Below, piece by piece: positions 50,901 through 61,210 of a stretch of DNA of 64,000 nt. The first letter of the stretch is position 1. The number at the start of each line of letters is the position of its first letter. Position numbers and translations under genes: made by a program. Source of the stretch: Eledone cirrhosa (Eukaryota); assembly GCA_964016885.1 (NCBI GenBank), contig OZ024740.1:336598001-336662000 (forward strand), written 5' to 3'. The notes beneath the pieces were generated by a model. It saw only the letters and a list, made by a program, of their open reading frames with translations, searched no databases and had not been told where the DNA came from.

Positions 50901-53900
50901 GGTTGGGGTTGGTACTGGGGGTGTTGGATCTCTGTGGGGTTGGAGCTGGGGGTGTTGGATCTCTGTGGTTGGGGTTGGAGCTGGAGTTGTTGGATCTCTG
51001 TGGTTGGGGTTGGAGCTGGGGGTGTTGGATCTCTGTGGTTGGGGTTGGAGCTGGAGGTGTTGGATCTCTGTGGTTGGGGTTGGAGCTGGGGGTGTTGGAT
51101 CTCTGTGGTTGGGGTTGGAGCTGGGGGTGTTGGATCTCTGTGGTTGGGGTTGGAACTGGAGGTGTTGGATCTCTGTGGTTGGGGTTGGTACTGGGGGTGT
51201 TGGATCTCTGTGGGGTTGGAGCTGGGGGTGTTGGATCTCTGTGGGGTTGGAGCTGGGGGTGTTGGATCTCTGTGGTTGGGGTTGGAGCTGGGGGTGTTGG
51301 ATCTCTGTGGTTGGGGGTTGGAGCAGGGGGTGTTGGATTTCTGTGGTTGGGGTTGAAGCTGGGGGTGTTGGATCTCTGTGGGGTTGGAGCTGGGGGTGTT
51401 GGATCTCTGTGGTTGGGGTTGGAGCTGGAGGTGTTGGATCTCTGTGGTTGGGGTTGGAGCTGGGGGTGTTGGATCTCTGTGGTTGGGGTTGGAGCTGGAG
51501 GTGTTGGATCCCTGTGGTTGGGGTTGGAGCTGGGGGTGTTGGATCTCTGTGGTTGGGTTGGAGCTGGGGGTGTTGGATCTCTGTGGTTGGGGTTGGTACT
51601 GGGGGTGTTGGATCTCTGTGGGGTTGGAGCTGGGGGTGTTGGATCTCTGTGGTTGGGGATTGGAGCTGGGGGTGTTGGTTTTCTGTGGTTGGGGTTAAAG
51701 CTGGGGGTGTTGGATCTCTGTGGGGTTGGAGCTAGAGGTGTTGGATCTCTGTGGGTTTGGAGCTGGAGATGTTGGATCTCTGTGGTTGGGGTAGGAGCTG
51801 GAGGTGTTGGATCTCTGTGGTTGGGGTTGGAGCTGGAGGTGTTGGATCTCTGTGGTTGGGGTTGAAGCTGGGGGTGTTGGATCTCTGTGGGGTTGGAGCT
51901 GGGGGTGTTGGATCTCTGTGGTTGGGGTTGAAGCTGGGGGTGTTGGATCTCTGTGGGGTTGGAGCTGGGGGTGTTGGATCTCTGTGGGGTTGGAGCTGGG
52001 GGTGTTGGATCTCTGTGGTTGGGGTTGGAGCTGGAGGTGTTGGATCTCTGTGGGGTTGGAGCTGGGGGTGTTGGATCTCTGTGGTTGGGGTTGGAGCTGG
52101 GGGGGTTGGAGCTGGGGGTGTTGGATCTCTGTGGGGTTGGAGCTGGGGGTGTTGGATCTCTGTGGTTGGGGTTGGAGCTGGAGGTGTTGGATCTCTGTTG
52201 GGTTGGAGCTGGGGGTGTTGGATCTCTGTGGTTGGGGTTGGAGCTGGGGCTGTTGGATCTCTGTGGGGTTGGAGCTGGGGGTGTTGGATCTCTGTGGGGT
52301 TGGAGCTGGGGGTGTTGGATCTCTGTGGGGTTGGAGCTGGAGGTGTTGGATCTCTGTGGTTGGGGCTAGAGCTGGGGGTGTTGGATCTCTGTGGTTGGGG
52401 TTGGAGCTGGGGGTGTTGGATCTCTGTGGTTGGGGTTGGAGCTGGGGGTGTTGGATCTCTGTGGTTTGGGCTGGAGCTGGGGGTGTTGGATCTCTTTGGG
52501 GTTGGAGCTGGAGGTGTTGGATCTCTGTGGTTGGGGTTGGAGCTGGGGGTGTTGGATCTCTGTGGTTGGGGTTGGAGCTGGGGGTGTTGGATCTCTGTGG
52601 TTGGGGTTGGAGCTGGAGGTGTTGGATCTCTGTGGTTGGGGTTGGTACTGGGGGTGTTGGATCTCTGTGGGGTTGGAGCTGGGGGTGTTGGATCTCTGTG
52701 GTTGGGGGTTGGAGCTGGGGGTGTTGGATCTCTGTGGTTGGGGTTGGAGCTGGGGGTGTTGGATCTCTGTGGTTGGCGTTGGAGCTGGGGGTGTTGGATC
52801 TCTGTGGTTGGGGTTGGAGCTGGAGGTGTTGGATCTCTGTGGTTGGGGTTGGTACTGGGGGTGTTGGATCTCTGTGGGGTTGGAGCTGGGGGTGTTGGAT
52901 CTCTGTGGTTGGGGTTGGAGCTGGAGGTGTTGGATCTCTGTGGTTGGGGTTGGAGCTGGAGGTGTTGGATCTCTGTGGTTGGGGTTGGTACTGGGGGTGT
53001 TGGATCTCTGTGGGGTTTGAGCTGGGGGTGTTGGATCTCTGTGGTTGGGGTTGGAGCTGGAGGTGTTGGATCTCTGTGGTTGGGGTTGGAGCTGGGGGTG
53101 TTGCATCTCTGTGGTTGGGGGGTTGGAGCTGGGGGTGTTGGATCTCTGTGGATGGGGTTGGTACTGGGGGTGTTGGATCTCTGTGGGGTTGGAGCTGGGG
53201 GTGTTGGATCTCTGTGGGGTTGGAGCTGGGGGTGTTGGATCTCTGTGGTTGGGGGTTGGAGCAGGGGGTGTTGGATTTCTGTGGTTGGGGTTGAAGCTGG
53301 GGGTGTTGGATCTCTGTGGGGTTGGAGCTGGGGGTGTTGGATCTCTGTGGTTGGGGTTGGAGCTGGAGGTGTTGGATCTCTGTGGTTGGGGTTGGAGCTG
53401 GGGGTGTTGGATCTCTGTGGTTGGGGTTGGACCTGGAGGTGTTGGATCTCTGTGGTTGGGGTTGGAGCTGGGGGTGTTGGATCTCTGTGGTTGGGGTTGG
53501 AGCTGAGGGTGTTGGATCTCTGTGGTTGGGGTTGGAGCTGGAGGTGTTGGATCTCTGTGGTTGGGGTTGGTACTGGGGGTGTTGGATCTCTGTGGGGTTG
53601 GAGCTGGGGGTGTTGGATCTCTGTGGTTGGGGGTTGGAGCTGGGGGTGTTGGATCTCTGTGGTTGGGGTTGGAGCTGGGGGTGTTGGATCTCTGTGGTTG
53701 GGGGTTGGAGCTGGGGGTGTTGGATTTCTGTGGTTGGGGTTGAAGCTGGGGGTGTTGGATCTCTGTGGGGTTGGAGCTGGGGGTGTTGGATCTCTGTGGG
53801 GTTGGAGCTGGGGGTGTTGGATCTCTGTGGTTGGGGTTGGAGCTGGAGGTGTTGGATCTCTGTGGGGTTGGAGCTGGGGGTGTTGGATCTCTGTGGTTGG

Positions 53901-54450
53901 GGTTGGAGCTGGGGGGTTGGAGCTGGGGGTGTTGGATCTCTGTGGGGTTGGAGCTGGGGGTGTTGGATCTCTGTGGTTGGGGTTGGAGCTGGAGGTGTTC
54001 GATCTCTGTTGGGTTGGAGCTGGGGGTGTTGGATCTCTGTGGTTGGGGTTGGAGCTGGGGGTGTTGGATCTCTGTGGGGTTGGAGCTGGGGGTGTTGGAT
54101 CTCTGTGGGGTTGGAGCTGGGGGTGTTGGATCTCTGTGGGGTTGGAGCTGGAGGTGTTGGATCTCTGTGGTTGGGGCTGGAGCTGGGGGTGTTGGATCTC
54201 TGTGGTTGGGGTTGGAGCTGGGGGTGTTGGTTCTCTGTGGTTGGGGTTGGAGCTGGGGGTGTTGGATCTCTGTGGTTGGGGCTGGAGCTGGGGGTGTTGG
54301 ATCTCTTTGGGGTTGGAGCTGGAGGTGTTGGATCTCTGTGGTTGGGGTTGGAGCTGGGGTTGTTGAATTTCTGTGGTTGGGGTTGAAGCTGGAGGTGTTG
54401 GATCTCTGTGGAGTTGGAGCTGGAGGTGTTGGATCTCTGTGGTTGGGGTT
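41950..54450 (+). repeat. About 12.5-kb second copy of the block spanning about 19450-41950, lacking that block's internal 2.8-kb and 7.4-kb re-duplications
   Basis: 41.95-43.6 kb matches 19.5-21.1 kb at offset about 22.5 kb (AGTTGTTG, GGGCGTG, GAAGCTGTGGG, TTAGATC). 43.6-54.45 kb matches 31.2-41.95 kb at offset about 12.1-12.75 kb (GACCT, GTATTACT, GGTCTTG, GCTGGTGG, GATCGC, GTAACT, GATTGGGACT, GAGCAG, GATCCC, TTAAAGC, TTGCATC, TTCGATC, GAATTTC). Confidence 0.9.
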
Positions 54451-54549
54451 GGAGCTGGGGGTGTTGGATTTCTGTGTTTGGGGTTGAAGCTGGGGGTGTT
54501 GGATCTCTGTGGGGTTGGAGCTGGGGGTGTTGGATTTCTGTGGTTGGGG

Positions 54550-56350
54550 TTGAAGCTGGGGGTGTTGGATCTCTGTGGGGTTGGAGCTGGGGGTGTTGGG
54601 TCTCTGTGGTTGGGGTTGGAGCTGGGGGGGTTGGAGCTGGGAGTGTTGGATCTCTGTGGGGTTGGAGCTGGGGGTGTTGGATCTCTGTGGTTGGGGTTGG
54701 AGCTGGAGGTGTTGGATCTCTGTTTGGTTGGAGCTGGGGGTGTTGGATCTCTGTGGTTGGGGTTGGAGCTGGGGGTGTTGGATCTCTGTGGGGTTGGAGC
54801 TGGGGGTGTTGGATCTCTGTGGGGTTGGAGCTGGGGGTGTTGGATCTCTGTGGGGTTGGAGCTGGAGGTGTTGGATCTCTGTGGTTGGGGCTGGAGCTGG
54901 GGGTGTTGGATCTCTGTGGTTGGGGTTGGAGCTGGGGGTGTTGGATCTCTGTGGTTGGGGTTGGAGCTGGGGGTGTTGGATCTCTGTGGTTGGGGCTGGA
55001 GCTGGGGGTGTTGGATCTCTTTGGGGTTGGAGCTGGAGGTGTTGGATCTCTGTGGTTGGGGTTGGAGCTGGGGGTGTTGGATCTCTGTGGTTGGGGTTGG
55101 AGCTGGGGGTGTTGGATCTCTGTGGTTGGGGTTGGAGCTGGAGGTGTTGGATCTCTGTGGTTGGGGTTGGTACTGGGGGTGTTGGATCTCTGTGGGGTTG
55201 GAGCTGGGGGTGTTGGATCTCTGTGGTTGGGGGTTGGAGCTGGGGGTGTTGGATCTCTGTGGTTGGGGTTGGAGCTGGGGGTGTTGGATCTCTGTCGTTG
55301 GGGTTGGAGCTGGGGGTGTTGGATTTCTGTGGTTGGGGTTGGAGCTGGAGGTGTTGGATCTCTGTGGTTGGGGTTGGAGCTGGAGGTGTTGGATCTCTGT
55401 GGTTGGGGTTGGTACTGGGGGTGTTGGATCTCTGTGGTTGGGGTTGGAGCTGGAGGTGTTGGATCTCTGTGGTTGGGGTTGAAGCTGGGGGTGTTGGATC
55501 TCTGTGGGGTTGGAGCTGGGGGTGTTGGATCTCTGTGGTTGGGGTTGGAGCTGGGGGGGTTGGAGCTGGGAGTGTTGGATCTCTGTGGGGTTGGAGCTGG
55601 GGGTGTTGGATCTCTGTGGTTGGGGTTGGAGCTGGAGGTGTTGGATCTCTGTTTGGTTGGAGCTGGGGGTGTTGGATCTCTGTGGTTGGGGTTGGAGCTG
55701 GGGGTGTTGGATCTCTGTGGGGTTGGAGCTGGGGGTGTTGGATCTCTGTGGGGTTGGAGCTGGGGGTGTTGGATCTCTGTGGGGTTGGAGCTGGAGGTGT
55801 TGGATCTCTGTGGTTGGGGCTGGAGCTGGGGGTGTTGGATCTCTGTGGTTGGGGTTGGAGCTGGGGGTGTTGGATCTCTGTGGTTGGGGTTGGAGCTGGG
55901 GGTGTTGGATCTCTGTGGTTGGGGCTGGAGCTGGGGGTGTTGGATCTCTTTGGGGTTGGAGCTGGAGGTGTTGGATCTCTGTGGTTGGGGTTGGAGCTGG
56001 GGGTGTTGGATCTCTGTGGTTGGGGTTGGAGCTGGGGGTGTTGGATCTCTGTGGTTGGGGTTGGAGCTGGAGGTGTTGGATCTCTGTGGTTGGGGTTGGT
56101 ACTGGGGGTGTTGGATCTCTGTGGGGTTGGAGCTGGGGGTGTTGGATCTCTGTGGTTGGGGGTTGGAGCTGGGGGTGTTGGATCTCTGTGGTTGGGGTTG
56201 GAGCTGGGGGTGTTGGATCTCTGTGGTTGGGGTTGGAGCTGGGGGTGTTGGATTTCTGTGGTTGGGGTTGGAGCTGGAGGTGTTGGATCTCTGTGGTTGG
56301 GGTTGGAGCTGGAGGTGTTGGATCTCTGTGGTTGGGGTTGGTACTGGGGG
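54550..56350 (+). repeat. Tandem duplication, period 929 bp, nested in a re-copy of about 52.0-54.55 kb that extends to about 58250
   Basis: G7-TTGGAGCTGGGAG 54624/55553 and GTTTGGTTGG 54722/55651; ORF starts 54575/55504. Downstream ORF pairs 53765/57453 and 54373/58061 have offset 3688. Confidence 0.87.
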
Positions 56351-57344
56351 TGTTGGATCTCTGTGGGGTTGGAGCTGGGGGTGTTGCATCTCTGTGGTTG
56401 GGGTTGGAGCTGGAGGTGTTGGATCTCTGTGGTTGGGGTTGAAGCTGGGGGTGTTGGATCTCTGTGGTTGGGGTTGGAGCTGGAGGTGTTGGATCTCTGT
56501 GGTTGGGGTTGGAGCTGGGGGTGTTGGATCTCTGTGGTTGGGGTTGGAGCTGGGGGTGTTGGATCTCTGAGGTTGGGGTTGGAACTGGAGGTGTTGGATC
56601 TCTGTGGATGGGGTTGGTACTGGGGGTGTTGGATCTCTGTGGGGTTGGAGCTGGGGGTGTTGGATCTCTGTGGGGTTGGAGCTGGGGGTGTTGGATCTCT
56701 GTGGTTGGGGTTGAAGCTGGGGGTGTTGGATTTCTGTGGTTGGGGTTGAAGCTGGGGGTGTTGGATCTCTGTGGAGTTGGAGCTGGGGGTGTTGGATCTC
56801 TGTGGTTGGGGTTGGAGCTGGAGGTGTTGGATCTCTGTGGTTGGGGTTGGAGCTGGGGGTGTTGGATCTCTGTGGTTGGGGTTGGAGCTGGAGGTGTTGG
56901 ATCTCTGTGGTTGGGGTTGGAGCTGGGGGTGTTGGATCTCTGTGTTTGGGGTTGGAGCTGAGGGTGTTGGATCTCTGTGGTTGGGGTTGGAGCTGGAGGT
57001 GTTGGATCTCTGTGGTTGGGGTTGGTACTGGGGGTGTTGGATCTCTGTGGGGTTGGAGCTGGGGGTGTTGGATCTCTGTGGTTGGGGGTTGGAGCTGGGG
57101 GTGTTGGATCTCTGTGGTTGGGGTTGGAGCTGGGGGTGTTGGATCTCTGTGGTTGGGGGTTGGAGCTGGGGGTGTTGGATTTCTGTGGTTGGGGTTGAAG
57201 CTGGGGGTGTTGGATCTCTGTGGGGTTGGAGCTGGGGGTGTTGGATCTCTGTGGGTTTGGAGCTGGAGGTGTTGGATCTCTGTGGTTGGGGTTGGAGCTG
57301 GAGGTGTTGGATCTCTGTGGTTGGGGTTGGAGCTGGAGGTGTTG

Positions 57345-60300
57345 GATCTCTGTGGTTGGGGTTGAAGCTGGGGGTGTTGGATCTCTGTGGGGTTGGAGCT
57401 GGGGGTGTTGGATCTCTGTGGTTGGGGTTGAAGCTGGGGGTGTTGGATCTCTGTGGGGTTGGAGCTGGGGGTGTTGGATCTCTGTGGGGTTGGAGCTGGG
57501 GGTGTTGGATCTCTGTGGTTGGGGTTGGAGCTGGAGGTGTTGGATCTCTGTGGGGTTGGAGCTGGGGGTGTTGGATCTCTGTGGTTGGGGTTGGAGCTGG
57601 GGGGTTGGAGCTGGGGGTGTTGGATCTCTGTGGGGTTGGAGCTGGGGGTGTTGGATCTCTGTGGTTGGGGTTGGAGCTGGAGGTGTTCGATCTCTGTTGG
57701 GTTGGAGCTGGGGGTGTTGGATCTCTGTGGTTGGGGTTGGAGCTGGGGGTGTTGGATCTCTGTGGGGTTGGAGCTGGGGGTGTTGGATCTCTGTGGGGTT
57801 GGAGCTGGGGGTGTTGGATCTCTGTGGGGTTGGAGCTGGAGGTGTTGGATCTCTGTGGTTGGGGCTGGAGCTGGGGGTGTTGGATCTCTGTGGTTGGGGT
57901 TGGAGCTGGGGGTGTTGGATCTCTGTGGTTGGGGTTGGAGCTGGGGGTGTTGGATCTCTGTGGTTGGGGCTGGAGCTGGGGGTGTTGGATCTCTTTGGGG
58001 TTGGAGCTGGAGGTGTTGGATCTCTGTGGTTGGGGTTGGAGCTGGGGGTGTTGAATTTCTGTGGTTGGGGTTGAAGCTGGAGGTGTTGGATCTCTGTGGA
58101 GTTGGAGCTGGAGGTGTTGGATCTCTGTGGTTGGGGTTGGAGCTGGGGGTGTTGGATTTCTGTGTTTGGGGTTGAAGCTGGGGGTGTTGGATCTCTGTGG
58201 GGTTGGAGCTGGGGGTGTTGGATTTCTGTGGTTGGGGTTGAAGCTGGGGGTGTTGGATCTCTGTGGGGTTGGAGCTGGGGGTGTTGGATCTCTGTGGGGT
58301 TGGAGCTGGGGGTGTTGGATCTCTGTGGGTTTGGAGCTGGAGGTGTTGGATCTCTGTGGATGGGGCTGGAGCTGGGGCTGTTGGATCTCTGTGGTTGGGG
58401 TTGGAGCTGGGGGTGTTGGATCTCTGTGGTTGGGGTTGGAGCTGGGGGTGTTGGATCTTTGTGGTTGGGGCTGGAGCTGGGGGTGTTGGATCTCTGTGGG
58501 GTTGGAGCTGGAGGTGTTGGATCTCTGTGGTTGGGGCTGGAGCTGGAGGTGTTGGATTTCTGTGGGGTTGGAGCTGGGGGTGTTGGATCTCTGTGATTGG
58601 GGCTGGAGCTGGGGTGTTGGATCTCTATGGTTGGGGTTGGAGCTGGAGGTGTTGGATCTCTGTGGGGTTGGAGCTGGAGGTGTTGGATCTCTGTGGGGTT
58701 TGAGCTGGAGGTGTTGGGTCTCTGTGGGGTTGGAGCTGGAGGTGTTGGATCTCTGTGGTTGGGGTTGGAGCTGGAGGTGTTGAATCTCTGTAATTGGGGC
58801 TGGAGCTGGGGGTGTTGGATCTCTGTGGTTGGGGTTGGAGCTTGGGGTGTTGGATCTCTGTGGTTGGGGTTGGAGCTGGAGGTGTTGGATCTCTGTGGGG
58901 TTGGAGCTGGAGGTGTTGGATCTCTGTGGGGTTTGAGCTGGAGGTGTTGGGTCTCTGTGGGGTTGGAGCTGGAGGTGTTGGATCTCTGTGGTTGGGGTTG
59001 GAGCTGGAGGTGTTGGATCTCTGTCGTTGGGGCTGGAGCTGGGGGTGTTGGATCTCTGTGTTTGGGGTAGGAGCTGGGGGTGTTGGATCTCTGTGGTTGG
59101 GGTTGGAGCTGGGGGTGTTGGATCTCTGTGGTTGGGGTTGGAGCTGGAGGTGTTGGATCTCTGTGGTTGGGGCTGAAGCTAGGGGTGTTGGATCTCTGTG
59201 GTTGGGGCTGGAGCTGGAGGTGTTGGATCTCAGTTGGGTTGGAGCTGGAGGTGTTGGATCTCTGTTGTTGGGGTTGGAGCTGGGGGTGTTGGATCTCTGT
59301 GGTTGGGGTTGAAGCTGGGGGTGTTGGATCTCTGTGGGGTTGGAGCTGGGGGTGTTGGATCTCTGTGGTTGGGGTTGAAGCTGGGGGTGTTGGATCTCTG
59401 TGGGGTTGGAGCTGGGGGTGTTGGATCTCTGTGGGGTTGGAGCTGGGGGTATTGGATCTCTGTGGTTGGGGTTGGAGCTGGAGGTGTTGGATCTCTGTGG
59501 GGTTGGAGCTGGGGGTGTTGGATCTCTGTGGTTGGGGTTGGAGCTGGGGGGTTGGAGCTGGGGGTGTTGGATCTCTGTGGGGTTGGAGCTGGGGGTGTTG
59601 GATCTCTGTGGTTGGGGTTGGAGCTGGAGGTGTTCGATCTCTGTTGGGTTGGAGCTGGGGGTGTTGGATCTCTGTGGTTGGGGTTGGAGCTGGGGGTGTT
59701 GGATCTCTGTGGGGTTGGAGCTGGGGGTGTTGGATCTCTGTGGGGTTGGAGCTGGGGGTGTTGGATCTCTGTGGGGTTGGAGCTGGAGGTGTTGGATCTC
59801 TGTGGTTGGGGCTGGAGCTGGGGGTGTTGGATCTCTGTGGTTGGGGTTGGAGCTGGGGGTGTTGGATCTCTGTGGTTGGGGTTGGAGCTGGGGGTGTTGG
59901 ATCTCTGTGGTTGGGGCTGGAGCTGGGGGTGTTGGATCTCTTTGGGGTTGGAGCTGGAGGTGTTGGATCTCTGTGGTTGGGGTTGGAGCTGGGGGTGTTG
60001 AATTTCTGTGGTTGGGGTTGAAACTGGAGGTGTTGGATCTCTGTGGAGTTGGAGCTGGAGGTGTTGGATCTCTGTGGTTGGGGTTGGAGCTGGGGGTGTT
60101 GGATTTCTGTGTTTGGGGTTGAAGCTGGGGGTGTTGGATCTCTGTGGGGTTGGAGCTGGGGGTGTTGGATTTCTGTGGTTGGGGTTGAAGCTGGGGGTGT
60201 TGGATCTCTGTGGGGTTGGAGCTGGGGGTGTTGGATCTCTGTGGGGTTGGAGCTGGAGGTGTTGGATCTCTGTGGATGGGGCTGGAGCTGGGGCTGTTGG

Positions 60301-61210
60301 ATCTCTGTGGTTGGGGTTGGAGCTGGGGGTGTTGGATCTCTGTGGTTGGGGTTGGAGCTGGGGGTGTTGGATCTTTGTGGTTGGGGCTGGAGCTGGGGGT
60401 GTTGGATCTCTGTGGGGTTGGAGCTGGAGGTGTTGGATCTCTGTGGTTGGGGCTGGAGCTGGAGGTGTTGGATTTCTGTGGGGTTGGAGCTGGGGGTGTT
60501 GGATCTCTGTGATTGGGGCTGGAGCTGGGGTGTTGGATCTCTATGGTTGGGGTTGGAGCTGGAGGTGTTGGATCTCTGTGGGGTTGGAGCTGGAGGTGTT
60601 GGATCTCTGTGGGGTTTGAGCTGGAGGTGTTGGGTCTCTGTGGGGTTGGAGCTGGAGGTGTTGGATCTCTGTGGTTGGGGTTGGAGCTGGAGGTGTTGAA
60701 TCTCTGTAATTGGGGCTGGAGCTGGGGGTGTTGGATCTCTGTGGTTGGGGTTGGAGCTTGGGGTGTTGGATCTCTGTGGTTGGGGTTGGAGCTGGAGGTG
60801 TTGGATCTCTGTGGGGTTGGAGCTGGAGGTGTTGGATCTCTGTGGGGTTTGAGCTGGAGGTGTTGGGTCTCTGTGGGGTTGGAGCTGGAGGTGTTGGATC
60901 TCTGTGGTTGGGGTTGGAGCTGGAGGTGTTGGATCTCTGTCGTTGGGGCTGGAGCTGGGGGTGTTGGATCTCTGTGTTTGGGGTAGGAGCTGGGGGTGTT
61001 GGATCTCTGTGGTTGGGGTTGGAGCTGGGGGTGTTGGATCTCTGTGGTTGGGGTTGGAGCTGGAGGTGTTGGATCTCTGTGGTTGGGGCTGAAGCTAGGG
61101 GTGTTGGATCTCTGTGGTTGGGGCTGGAGCTGGAGGTGTTGGATCTCAGTTGGGTTGGAGCTGGAGGTGTTGGATCTCTGTTGTTGGGGTTGGAGCTGGG
61201 GGTGTTGGAT
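57345..61210 (+). repeat. Tandem duplication, period 1916-1947 bp
   Basis: ORF pairs 57453/59400 and 58061/60008 (offset 1947), and 58597/60513, 58794/60710 and 58988/60904 (offset 1916, after loss of one 31-bp unit). Markers TAATTGG 58791/60707 and CAGTTGG 59231/61147. Confidence 0.9.
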
